A DNA stretch of 64,000 bases from a virus (taxonomy: Duplodnaviria > Caudoviricetes), in IMG/VR virus record IMGVR_UViG_3300025357_000008, positions 96,001 through 160,000 of that record. One strand, written 5' to 3'. Positions 10,201 through 19,243 of the stretch are shown here, one piece after another. Under the pieces are notes generated by a model. It made no database searches. It was not told the DNA's origin and was given only the letters and a program-made list of their open reading frames with translations. Numbering within the stretch: position 1 is the first letter of the stretch; every line of letters begins with the position of its first letter. Made by a program: the position numbers and the translations under genes.

Positions 10201-11873
10201 TTGCAACTATTTTTAGTGTTGAAGCAAATGGTTTAGATGGAGTATTCATTGGTATAAATGGTACAAATACTCCTACTATGCAACCTGTGATGTATTTGTC
10301 AACTACCGGCGGTTCTTATACAGGTAATGCAAATCCTGGATTATTTTCAACAACATTGTCGTTGAATAAATGGACACACATTGCTTATGTACGTAACGGT
10401 AATGTATTTTCTTGTTACATAAACGGTGTACAAGACCCAACAACATTTATATTACCAGGTGCTTTATCATACAATTCTAGTTGCAATGCAACTGTCGGTG
10501 CAAGAGCGGCTAATGCTGGTAACTATTTCCCTGGTATTTTAAGTAATGTTAGAGTAATTAATGGTACGGCACTTTATACCAGTAATTTTACACCATCAAC
10601 AACACCATTAACAGCAGTTGCAAATACTGCATTATTAACTTGTCAAAGTAATAGATTTATAGATAATTCAAACAATACTTTTACTCTAACTCAACCTAAT
10701 GGTGGTGTGCAAGTTGAACCGTTTTCACCATTTCCACCAGGCGTAACGTACTCAACCGCAAACAATGGGGCGTCATTGTATTTTAGTAGTTCAAGTGACT
10801 CTGTTGTACAAGGTTCAACTACTGCTTGGGTATTTGCTGGTGATTTTACAATTGAAGGATGGTTCTTTTTCATGCCTTCAGGTGCAGGAACTTCTAGAGC
10901 GTTTGTTAATACCTCAGGCGGTAACATGTATTTGAATACCGATAATACATTACACTATGTGTTTCAAGGCGTTACAGATTTTGGTAGTTCTCAAACAGTA
11001 AATGCAGGACAATGGGTTCACCTAGTTGTATGTCGAAACGGAGGAACTTATAGATTCTTCGTAAACGGTAACATGACTACAGGTACAGGCAGTACAGCAT
11101 CTATAGGTGCAACAGGAGGAATAAACGTAGGAACAGCGAGTGCGTTTTATGCTTACGGTGTTAAAATTTCAAATGGTGTTTCATTATATAATTCTTCTTT
11201 TACGATTCCAAACTCATTGACTACAGTTGCATCAAACAATTCTTTGGCACTATTAGGTACAAATTCAGGTATTCAAGATGTTACTGGTAAAAATGATATT
11301 ATAACATATGGTTCTCTGAAAACACAAGCCAACACAGTTAAGTTTGGTAATAATTCAATGTATTTTGATGGTAGTACAGGTTATGCTTTAATACCAAACT
11401 CAGCATTTATGTTGGTCGGTTCTAGCAATTTTACAATCGAATATTGGTTATACCCAACAACATCAACGACTCAAAGTCCATTCATGTTAAATGGAAATGG
11501 ATCTGGCTATGGTATACGAGCAGATATAGTTGGCACTTCAAATTACGTACAATTATTAGTTTCGACAAGTGGTAGTTCATGGGCTATCAATTCGACAAGT
11601 AGTACAGCAGTATCACTTAACAGTTGGTCGCATATAGCGATAGTGAGAAACGGAACTGCTATGACGGTTTATCTCAATGGAAATAGCATTATTAGTACCA
11701 CGATATCCGGTTCTATTGTATTAGGAACTATTAATTATGTTGGTGCATCATATTATAGTAGTGCGCCAGTTTACTTTTTTAACGGTTATATGGATGATTT
11801 TAGAATTACGAATGGTATTGCTAGATATACCGGTAACTTTACTCCACCAGCCTTTCAATTTTTAGGTCAATAA
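7260..11873 (+). CDS. second large multi-LamG receptor-binding/tail fibre protein, paralog of 1511..6154
   Basis: Same IPT/Ig plus ~6 LamG architecture, with near-identical inter-domain linkers. Confidence 0.85.
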   Translation: MFNGGFKGVRAADGAGFVSARDVAVQQSSPQPKITSWAYTNGAYVPYPDTAIAGGETIVIYGSGFQSNANVVIGGTTITSTRLDPNRITFTAPSLSAGSYPLYVANPGGGTAVYLPGVVYNSYPVFNSTSYANTFVSATTSVGFSLNVTGSPSLTFSLQSGSSLPTGLTLAANGYISGSTTVSNTTVYNFTVIATDSYAQATQASITYTITYVISDTYFNSTTLLLNGETNTNTYIQDISTNNFALTPIGAATPNRFSPLWGNGYYGVDFFYGGFQTPASSLTNITGSFTSTSTFTIETFVKMNALPASTGVNLVGDMQVTSTLNYWSFQINTSGQLQLYWYNGSVQTAVGNTVMVPGSWYHVAVSISSGAIKLFVNGVLQTITGTTTTSTPTGSTSYISVGEYNSYGFNGTLSNLRISSTALYSTTFTAPTSPLTSQANTTFLSCLSNQFSDIGPNSYALTLSSTPKVVASQPFATLPTTSTANTNGQGYYSGAILGGSNLLTYPTSLNLGTAPFTIEFWFYISNLGNSGIYFLYDYINNSSRWTVQWNGPGWAIGHYDGGSWIYTATSTSSVTLGQWTHLAITRDSSSTMRVYVNGVLGATTANFTRNFTNSGSSKTILNDPTGDGTATGFMSNLRIVNGTALYTGSSFTPSTTPLTAVAGTTMLTLQNSTFIDNSANNNVFTPTGLPYVSQNQPFASPTVTSNTITPNIYGSGYLDGSTGYLTTPAGSYADFGSNAFTVECWIYTTVTSTQQVIAFHGWSGSGGYNNGWNLQINTSNQIAFYANGTLVAFTDLVISPNNWTHIAVVGSGGVLSAYKNGIKSTVTNTYTSIVARATATTVLGGWNNTNENIAERYWYAGYISNFRIVNGTALYTNTFLPPNQPVTPISNTQLLSLQYKNSANNNVFYDDSVNNWPLTRTGAATQGTFTPFTQTGWSNYFDQGIGGFISTPGNPTQLQLGSNNFTVECWFFMTAAPTWSVATIFSVEANGLDGVFIGINGTNTPTMQPVMYLSTTGGSYTGNANPGLFSTTLSLNKWTHIAYVRNGNVFSCYINGVQDPTTFILPGALSYNSSCNATVGARAANAGNYFPGILSNVRVINGTALYTSNFTPSTTPLTAVANTALLTCQSNRFIDNSNNTFTLTQPNGGVQVEPFSPFPPGVTYSTANNGASLYFSSSSDSVVQGSTTAWVFAGDFTIEGWFFFMPSGAGTSRAFVNTSGGNMYLNTDNTLHYVFQGVTDFGSSQTVNAGQWVHLVVCRNGGTYRFFVNGNMTTGTGSTASIGATGGINVGTASAFYAYGVKISNGVSLYNSSFTIPNSLTTVASNNSLALLGTNSGIQDVTGKNDIITYGSLKTQANTVKFGNNSMYFDGSTGYALIPNSAFMLVGSSNFTIEYWLYPTTSTTQSPFMLNGNGSGYGIRADIVGTSNYVQLLVSTSGSSWAINSTSSTAVSLNSWSHIAIVRNGTAMTVYLNGNSIISTTISGSIVLGTINYVGASYYSSAPVYFFNGYMDDFRITNGIARYTGNFTPPAFQFLGQ

Positions 11874-11899
11874 ATAGAAGATAACTCAACTAAGATATC

Positions 11900-12451
11900 A
11901 TGTCATTTCCAGTCGCAACATCAAACGGTCAAACAGCATTAGTTAACGGCATTACGTATGTCTGGAACTCTTCTATTGGCACTTGGACTCGCCAACAGGC
12001 TTACCTTGGTCAAATAATTGTTTCTAATACTGCGCCGTCAATTAACGTTGTCGGTACTCAATGGTATTCTCAGACTGACGATGTTATCTATGAGTGGACT
12101 ACAAGCAACGGAAGTAACTTCTTCTGGTTAGATATCTCATCTTCTGCGGTAGTTTCAAACGTTGCGTTGACACCATTTCTAACAAGTACTATTGCAAATA
12201 GCGCAAACACATTTGCCAATACAGCAAACGCATTAGTTCTTGCTCAAGAAACGCTTTCAACGGCAAACGTTTCAAATTACGCAAATAATGTTGTCGCAAA
12301 TTTAGCAAACGGTATATATGCATCGGCAACATTAAATGTTAATTCTGTTAATGCAAATACATTGAGTATCGGAACTCAAAATGCTAATACATACATATTA
12401 TCATACATGCAACAAAATTCTTTCAACCCATTCTTCTTAGCGGGAATGTAG
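11900..12451 (+). CDS. virion adaptor protein
   Basis: MSFP..NGQ N-terminus, GTQWY...FFWLD module; C-terminus IGTQNANTYI.SYMQQN.FNPFFLAGM resembles that of 3..1172. Confidence 0.7.
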   Translation: MSFPVATSNGQTALVNGITYVWNSSIGTWTRQQAYLGQIIVSNTAPSINVVGTQWYSQTDDVIYEWTTSNGSNFFWLDISSSAVVSNVALTPFLTSTIANSANTFANTANALVLAQETLSTANVSNYANNVVANLANGIYASATLNVNSVNANTLSIGTQNANTYILSYMQQNSFNPFFLAGM

Positions 12452-12460
12452 AGGTACATT

Positions 12461-12790
12461 ATGCCAATAAAATACAGAACATTAGCCCAATCAAATCCTG
12501 CCGCAAATACACCTACTGTAATCTATACAGTACCGGCAAATACACAGACTGTCGTTTCAACATTTCAAGTCTGTAATCAAAACGTAAATGCGGCATCTTT
12601 CTTTATTTCAACGCAAGTTGCTGGTGCATCATTAGCAAACTCTCAGTATGTTGCTTTCAACACAACAGTACCAGGATACGACTCAATTTCATTTACTATT
12701 GGTATGGCTTTAGGTAATACAGATACCGTAACAGTTCAAGCCAATACACCTAACGTTTCATTTGTAATGTTTGGATCGGAAATAACCTAA
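12461..12790 (+). CDS. small virion connector-like protein (109 aa)
   Basis: Close paralog of 1182..1511. Confidence 0.75.
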   Translation: MPIKYRTLAQSNPAANTPTVIYTVPANTQTVVSTFQVCNQNVNAASFFISTQVAGASLANSQYVAFNTTVPGYDSISFTIGMALGNTDTVTVQANTPNVSFVMFGSEIT

Positions 12791-13707
12791 TGGCAGTTAA
12801 AAGAGATTCTCAAAACTCTGTTAAGAATAGAACAATCTCTGCTATCAATAGTGGTGGTGGAGGTGGTTCTACCACATCAACTACATATCAAATTCGTTAC
12901 TTAGCAGTAGCTGGTGGAGGTGGAGGTGGTTACGCACCAGGATCACCAAAAACTACAGTTGGTGGAGGAGGTGGTGGTGGCGGATTTTTACAAAGTCAAG
13001 CACTTTTAACTGTTGGTGTGCCTTATACTATAACAGTTGGTTCCGGCGGTAATAGAACACCATCAGCATGTGGTGCACACGTAGGAGGTACTGGTTCAAA
13101 CTCAACTATTTGTGGATCGGGATTTTCAGTAACTGCATATGGCGGTGGAGGTGGGGGTGCCGGTCCTGCAGTTGCTGGTACACCAGGTGGTTCTGGAGGT
13201 GGTGGAAATAGTTTAGGTGGTACAGGCGTATCGGGTCAAGGAAATCCTGGTGTTGCATGTTTTTTTCTAGCACCAACAAATCCTGGTTGTAATTATGGAA
13301 ATGGTGGAGGAGGTGGCGCAGGTTCACCAGGTTTTAAATTTCCTGCAACAGGTTTTACATCACCGACTGTTTATGGTGGTGGTCAAGGTGGCTACGGTGC
13401 AATAAGCGATATTTCAGGAACTGTACAATATTACAGTTGTGGTGGTGGTGGTGCATCTGTAAATAATGGCGTTACAGCAACTGGTGGATATGGCTTATCT
13501 ACATATGGAACTGGCGGCCCTGGAAGAAGTACACCAGTAACAGGTTCAGTAGCTGGTTCACCAGGTATTGTAATTATTTCATATGTAAGTCCGACACAAA
13601 AAGGTACAGGCGGTACGGTAACTTCTTATAGTCCGCCAACATCACCTTCAACAGTCATACAGGTTCACACATTCTCGTCAACTGGAACGTTTACGTATAC
13701 AGGATAA
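12790..13707 (+). CDS. glycine-rich domain tail fibre/receptor-binding protein
   Basis: VAGGGGGG...ITVGSGG...GSGGGG...GIVIISY...HTFSSTGTF. Confidence 0.75.
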   Translation: MAVKRDSQNSVKNRTISAINSGGGGGSTTSTTYQIRYLAVAGGGGGGYAPGSPKTTVGGGGGGGGFLQSQALLTVGVPYTITVGSGGNRTPSACGAHVGGTGSNSTICGSGFSVTAYGGGGGGAGPAVAGTPGGSGGGGNSLGGTGVSGQGNPGVACFFLAPTNPGCNYGNGGGGGAGSPGFKFPATGFTSPTVYGGGQGGYGAISDISGTVQYYSCGGGGASVNNGVTATGGYGLSTYGTGGPGRSTPVTGSVAGSPGIVIISYVSPTQKGTGGTVTSYSPPTSPSTVIQVHTFSSTGTFTYTG

Positions 13708-13710
13708 TAA

Positions 13711-14217
13711 ATGGCATTTCCAACAAACCCAACAAACGGTCAACAAGCATCACTCAATGGTGTACTGTATACCTACAACTCAAACTTTAATGCTTGGAAG
13801 AAGACACAAAACGTTGCGAATATTTACACCTCAACGCAACTGACAAACTTCACAAACATATTTGATTTTGATGACGTTTCATATCTAACTGACGGTTTCA
13901 CAAATACATTTCCTTTGAGATGGAATGGTTCACCTGTGACTTGTAACTCACCTTTTACTATTTCAGTAACTGTTAATGGTATATTACAGCCTGCTTTCGA
14001 CTACAAATACGACACAGTATGGTTAGCAAATATACTTACAGGTTCAAAAGGTTACACAATTGACCTTTCAGGTAACCCAACAACTAACGGATACCTTAAG
14101 TTTGCCGATTCAGTACCGGCAGATTCACAGATTTTAGTGAGAACGGTTCTAGGTTCACCTCAAACCTCAATAAAGACGTACCCATTCAAGCCGCTTGACG
14201 TAGTAATGGGTTTTTAA
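13711..14217 (+). CDS. virion protein with MAFPTNPTNGQ N-terminus
   Basis: Shared N-terminal motif; VNGILQP baseplate/fibre-type motif. Confidence 0.65.
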   Translation: MAFPTNPTNGQQASLNGVLYTYNSNFNAWKKTQNVANIYTSTQLTNFTNIFDFDDVSYLTDGFTNTFPLRWNGSPVTCNSPFTISVTVNGILQPAFDYKYDTVWLANILTGSKGYTIDLSGNPTTNGYLKFADSVPADSQILVRTVLGSPQTSIKTYPFKPLDVVMGF

Positions 14218-14271
14218 GATAGATAAATATATGATTGTTACCAAACATCCGAATAACTGGAGAAACTAATA

Positions 14272-17200
14272 ATGGCAAGAAAAGTCATCCTTGATACGTA
14301 CTACACGTTCATACCATCATCTAGAACGATTATTATACCGCACGTTGTACCTAAAGAACGTCTAGTTTTAATTACTGACTTGACAACAAATCAGGTTATT
14401 TTTAACTTCTCAGACCCTAACTTAACTACAACTGCATACACTATCGGTCTTGATACGACTGGTAATTATCCTAATGCGACCGTTACGACTGTTTCTTTAG
14501 CGTATAATACGACAGCACTATCTGCTACAGATAAGTTAAGTATTGTAGTTGACGAATACAATGAGTCATTTCAGCCTTCTGAGACTCTATTAGATCCAGT
14601 TAACAAACTAAGAGTTTCAACACCACAGTCTTTGATTGATACCGACTTTGAGTATTCAACACAAGCGACTAAGTGGGAATCTCTTTCTCGTACCAATATG
14701 AGACCGTTTTCATATTATATTACTTCAACAGGTAACCTAAACTTAATCGACTTACAAGCAGTTAACGGCTCAAGAAGTTTCACAGCAAATACAACAGGTT
14801 CAACACCACCAGCAGTTGGAACACCAATCACAATTTTAGATTCATTGTACGCTGGTGCTGACGGTAACTATGTTGTAGATTCAAACAACAACCTGACAAA
14901 CACAAACGCTTCAGGTGCCGCTAACACATTCTCATATACTGGTAAATTCTATTATACTGGTACAACAGGTACGATTTATAATCAAAACGTAACAATTGGT
15001 TATCAAGGTTATGCATTTACAAACTCTGCAATCACAATTGCAGGTATGACAACTTCTGGTCAAAACGTATTTGTAACTACAGCAAATGCTCACGGCTTTA
15101 TGCCTGGTAATGAAATTGCAGTTACTGGTGTGACAGGAACAAACCCACCAAACGGTTCATGGGTTGTTTCAACAATTATTAACCCATACAACTTCGTATA
15201 TCAATGTAACGCATCTTCAATACCTTCTGGTACAATGACAGTATCAGGTGCATCTTTATATGCAAGACCAGTCGGTACTCTAGTACATCGTTCATTTGAC
15301 GGTGGTATTCGTTTCTCTACAAACTCTGGTTCACACAATCAGCAGTTTATTCGTCAGACACGTAAGTATTTCCGTTATCAATCTGGTAAGGGTATTCAGT
15401 TGTCAACTGGTACAACATTGCAACCACAGTTTAACTTAGACGGTATCACATCAAGCGGTACAACAGTTACAGTTACAACAAAAGACCCACACAATATTTC
15501 TGCTTCAATCGGTATTCAAATCGCTGGTTGTAACGAAGCGGCATATAACGGTAACTTTGCAATCACAAACGTATTGAACCCATATCAGTTCACATATACA
15601 GCAAACTCTGTACCAGCAAATTCACCTGCATCTGGTAACTATGTTTGTTCTGCAACAACATGGTATGGTTCTTCAAATCGTATCGGTATCTTCGATGACC
15701 AAAACGGCATGTTCTTTGAATATGACGGTTCTCAATTATATGCAGTAAGACGAAATGCGGTTTATCAGATTTCCGGTAACACTTGGATTAATGCTGGTTC
15801 AAATACATTAAACGGTAACAATACAATCTTTACTAAGCAGTTACAACCTAATGATTTTATTGTAATCAAAGGTATGCCACACCGTGTACACAACATTCTT
15901 ACAGACTCTGTATTGACAGTTGTACCAACACTACGTGGTACTCAGAACGTCAACTCTGCTGTTATTAGTAAAGTTCAAGACGTTAAAACACCAGTTTCAC
16001 AGTTTAACATTGATAGATTAGATGGAACAGGTCCTTCAGGTTATAAGATTGACTTGACAAAAGACCAAATGTTCTACATCGACTATTCATGGTACGGTGC
16101 TGGTTTTCAACGTTGGGGTGTTCGTGGACCTGATGGTAACGTAATATATGCACATAAAGTAATTAATAATAACGTTAACTATCTTGCTTACATGCGTTCA
16201 GGTAACTTACCTGGTCGTTATGAAACTAATTCTTTCTCTAAGACTTCTGTTCTAACAGCAAACGTTGCACCAACAGATACAACAATTACGATATCTAATG
16301 CAACTGGATGGCCAAATACCGGAGTAGCAGTAATTAGAAATACCTCTAATACTGAATACTTTGCGTATACAGGTATCACAGCACTTTCAAACGGTGCCGC
16401 ACAGTTAACAGGCGCTCAACGTGGTGCCGCTTATCAAACGGGTAACACTGGTAATACATTGTATGTAACAACAGTTGCTGGTAATAATATTGTAACTATA
16501 CCTGCAAGTAACACAACATATGGTTTGTCAAACGGTATGTACGTGTTTGGTCCTAACATTGCACCACAAACGTTTATTCAGAACATTGTTGCAAACACAT
16601 ATATTGTGTTGAATCAAGCACCAACTGCTTCTGGTAACTCGGCAGTTATTATTCCACCATTAGCAAACATTGCACAAACAGTTGTTGTATTGTCTGCAAC
16701 TGGTGCTAACTCATTAACATACACTGGTAACAATCAAGGTGCTGTAGTTCCAACTGCTGTTGAGTTACATGCGCCATTATACGGACCTGAGATTAACCAT
16801 TGGGGTACTTCAGCAATTATGGATGGCGGTTTCACACCAGATAAATCGTTCATTTTCTCAAAAGGTATGCAAACACCTTTAACAATTTATCCAGCCGGTG
16901 GTGCCGCTAACACAATGGCTCTTTGGAGTTTCCGTGTTGCGCCTTCTGCATCAAACGGTATACCAGCTTCTGCTCTTGGTGTTCGTGAGATTGTTAATCG
17001 TATGCAACAATTACCATTTGAACTTGATGCCTATTCTAACGGTGCTTGTTTGATGACTCTTGTATTGAACGGTAGCGTTTCAAATACAACAGCACAATGG
17101 CAAAACGTTGGTGGTTCTAGTTTGTCTCAATATGTTTTCCATGCACAGAATACAACAGTATCTGGTGGTGAAACAGTTTTCGGATTCTTCTTGAATAACA

Positions 17201-17406
17201 ACTTAGGAACATTCGGTTCAACTCAAAACGATTTGACACAATTGCTTTCACTTGGTACAAGTATTCAATCTGGTGGTGTTGCAAATACTGGTGTCGGTAT
17301 CTATCCTGACGGACCTGACGTATTGACACTTGTTGCTACGAACGTATCATCAACGAACCTTGCAAGTATCTTAGCTCGTTATTCATGGACTGAAGCTCAA
17401 GCGTAA
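14272..17406 (+). CDS. large virion structural protein (baseplate/fibre associated)
   Basis: 1044 aa, Thr/Asn/Gly-rich, repeated VTVTT..HG...I.G beta modules; late-promoter-like ATAAATA and RBS GGAG upstream. Confidence 0.7.
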   Translation: MARKVILDTYYTFIPSSRTIIIPHVVPKERLVLITDLTTNQVIFNFSDPNLTTTAYTIGLDTTGNYPNATVTTVSLAYNTTALSATDKLSIVVDEYNESFQPSETLLDPVNKLRVSTPQSLIDTDFEYSTQATKWESLSRTNMRPFSYYITSTGNLNLIDLQAVNGSRSFTANTTGSTPPAVGTPITILDSLYAGADGNYVVDSNNNLTNTNASGAANTFSYTGKFYYTGTTGTIYNQNVTIGYQGYAFTNSAITIAGMTTSGQNVFVTTANAHGFMPGNEIAVTGVTGTNPPNGSWVVSTIINPYNFVYQCNASSIPSGTMTVSGASLYARPVGTLVHRSFDGGIRFSTNSGSHNQQFIRQTRKYFRYQSGKGIQLSTGTTLQPQFNLDGITSSGTTVTVTTKDPHNISASIGIQIAGCNEAAYNGNFAITNVLNPYQFTYTANSVPANSPASGNYVCSATTWYGSSNRIGIFDDQNGMFFEYDGSQLYAVRRNAVYQISGNTWINAGSNTLNGNNTIFTKQLQPNDFIVIKGMPHRVHNILTDSVLTVVPTLRGTQNVNSAVISKVQDVKTPVSQFNIDRLDGTGPSGYKIDLTKDQMFYIDYSWYGAGFQRWGVRGPDGNVIYAHKVINNNVNYLAYMRSGNLPGRYETNSFSKTSVLTANVAPTDTTITISNATGWPNTGVAVIRNTSNTEYFAYTGITALSNGAAQLTGAQRGAAYQTGNTGNTLYVTTVAGNNIVTIPASNTTYGLSNGMYVFGPNIAPQTFIQNIVANTYIVLNQAPTASGNSAVIIPPLANIAQTVVVLSATGANSLTYTGNNQGAVVPTAVELHAPLYGPEINHWGTSAIMDGGFTPDKSFIFSKGMQTPLTIYPAGGAANTMALWSFRVAPSASNGIPASALGVREIVNRMQQLPFELDAYSNGACLMTLVLNGSVSNTTAQWQNVGGSSLSQYVFHAQNTTVSGGETVFGFFLNNNLGTFGSTQNDLTQLLSLGTSIQSGGVANTGVGIYPDGPDVLTLVATNVSSTNLASILARYSWTEAQA

Positions 17407-17753
17407 TGCAAACAGCCGCACAACTTCCAGTATTACCGGTAGTATCTGAGAATACTACCTTTTACATGTCTGTTCAACCATCAACGCAAGTTGGTGGTAA
17501 AACAAGTTATGAGTTTGCGGCTACTTCATTAACATTTAATCCTTCAACAAATGTAGTAACGATGAATGTGCTTTCGACTTTAACACTCAATGCATTTACA
17601 TTAAATGCAGTCACATTAAATGCGGTTACTATGAATGTTACATCGAATTTATACACTGGTTCAATTAATATTTCGACAGGCTCAAACGTATTTGTAGGAA
17701 CAACAAGGGTTGAGTCTCAGATACCTCATCCATTTTTACTATCGTTTTTGTAG
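17406..17753 (+). CDS. virion adaptor protein
   Basis: LTFNPSTN fibre motif, TLNA repeats, C-terminal HPFLLSFL. Confidence 0.65.
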   Translation: MQTAAQLPVLPVVSENTTFYMSVQPSTQVGGKTSYEFAATSLTFNPSTNVVTMNVLSTLTLNAFTLNAVTLNAVTMNVTSNLYTGSINISTGSNVFVGTTRVESQIPHPFLLSFL

Positions 17754-17762
17754 GAACAACTC

Positions 17763-18086
17763 ATGTTATCATATAGAGTTTTAGGTCAAGCAGTACCAGG
17801 AACAACAAATACCACATTGTATGCGGTATCGACTGGTGCGAATACTATTATTTCATCAATTCTAATTGCAAACCAAGGTGCTTCTCTCGCTACTTATCAA
17901 TTAGGTGTTGTACCTAACGGACAAACACTTTCAACAAAAAACTATATTGCTTATAGTGCAAACGTGCCAGCAAACGATACAATGACATTAACACCAGGTA
18001 TTACAATGGGTGCAAATGATGCTATTGTATGTTATGCTAATAATTCATCTGTTTCATTCTCAGTATTTGGTTGCGAAATATCATAA
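17763..18086 (+). CDS. small virion connector-like protein (107 aa)
   Basis: Paralog of 1182..1511 and 12461..12790. Confidence 0.75.
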   Translation: MLSYRVLGQAVPGTTNTTLYAVSTGANTIISSILIANQGASLATYQLGVVPNGQTLSTKNYIAYSANVPANDTMTLTPGITMGANDAIVCYANNSSVSFSVFGCEIS

Positions 18087-18101
18087 CAAAGGTGCATTGT
18101 T

Positions 18102-19214
18102 ATGGCAGTTATTAAAACAAAAAGACTCAGCACAAAAAATGTTGCCAACTTAGCCGATTCAAGTAAAAGCAGATTATCAGCATCTTGTATCAATAATACA
18201 TCAACAGCATATCCTGGCGGTCCCAGTGGAAGTACCGGTCCTGTAGGTGTTCCATTAACGTTTGTGATTGTTGCGGGTGGTGGTTCTGGTGCACAACGTT
18301 GGACTGGTGGTGGTGGAGGTGGTGGTGTTATTGTTGGTGCAGTAGCGGCCGCATCAAAAGGAACACCCTACGCAATAACAGTTGGTGGTGGAGGTGCCGC
18401 ACCTGTTTATCCAACAACCATATGTTATGCTTATACTTTCCGAGGCGTTAACTCAAGTGCATTTTGTGTTACAGCAATAGGTGGAGGTGGTGGTAAAGGT
18501 TATAGTTGTTACATACCAGCTCCTACAGGGGGTTGTGTAGCACCAGGTGGTTCAGGTGGCGGTGGTGGTGGACCTACTGGTCCTCCAACAGGTGTTGCAC
18601 CATTCCCTTATGCGAACAACCAAGGCGGTTCAGGTACTCAACCAGGACAACCAACACCATCCGGACCTGCTATAGTTTGGACCAATTACGGTAATCCAGG
18701 TGGTAATTATAATGGTGGAGGTGGTGGTGCTTCATCATCAGGATCAACAAGAACATTTACAGGAACTCCACAATTTCCAACACCAGGGAGTGCAGGTGGT
18801 TCCGGTCTGACCGTTTCAATAACAGGAAGTCCTTTCATCGTAGCTGGTGGTGGAGGTGCTGGTGGACGTTATGGTGCAACTCAACCACCTAACGGTTTCG
18901 TAGGAGGCCCTGGTGGTCCTGGAGGTGGTGGTAATGGTTCAGGTTATGGATGTGCATACCCAAGATTGGGAAGTCCGACACCATTACCAGGACAAAATGG
19001 CGGTACTAATACTGGAGGTGGAGGTGGTGCAGGCTCATGTAGAGCACCTATAACTCCTAGTATAGGTGGTGCAGGAGGTTCTGGTGTAGTGTATGTTTCT
19101 GTTCCAACTCCATTAGCTGGAACTGCTGGTCCGCCAAGCGTATTTACAAGTGGACCTGATGGTGCTGGAAATACATGGTTTAAGTTTACGAGTTCTGGTA
19201 CTTATACTGCTTAA
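18102..19214 (+). CDS. glycine-rich domain tail fibre/receptor-binding protein
   Basis: VAGGGSG...ITVGGGG...NTGGGGG...GGSGVVYV...FTSSGTY; paralog of 12790..13707. Confidence 0.75.
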   Translation: MAVIKTKRLSTKNVANLADSSKSRLSASCINNTSTAYPGGPSGSTGPVGVPLTFVIVAGGGSGAQRWTGGGGGGGVIVGAVAAASKGTPYAITVGGGGAAPVYPTTICYAYTFRGVNSSAFCVTAIGGGGGKGYSCYIPAPTGGCVAPGGSGGGGGGPTGPPTGVAPFPYANNQGGSGTQPGQPTPSGPAIVWTNYGNPGGNYNGGGGGASSSGSTRTFTGTPQFPTPGSAGGSGLTVSITGSPFIVAGGGGAGGRYGATQPPNGFVGGPGGPGGGGNGSGYGCAYPRLGSPTPLPGQNGGTNTGGGGGAGSCRAPITPSIGGAGGSGVVYVSVPTPLAGTAGPPSVFTSGPDGAGNTWFKFTSSGTYTA

Positions 19215-19243
19215 CTAAATACCAGAACAAGGAGATTAATTAA

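Noticed and set aside
1511-11873. Diversity-generating retroelement acting on the LamG genes
   Set aside because: No reverse transcriptase in the window and no repeat pair differing only at adenines; the shared blocks are short and identical.
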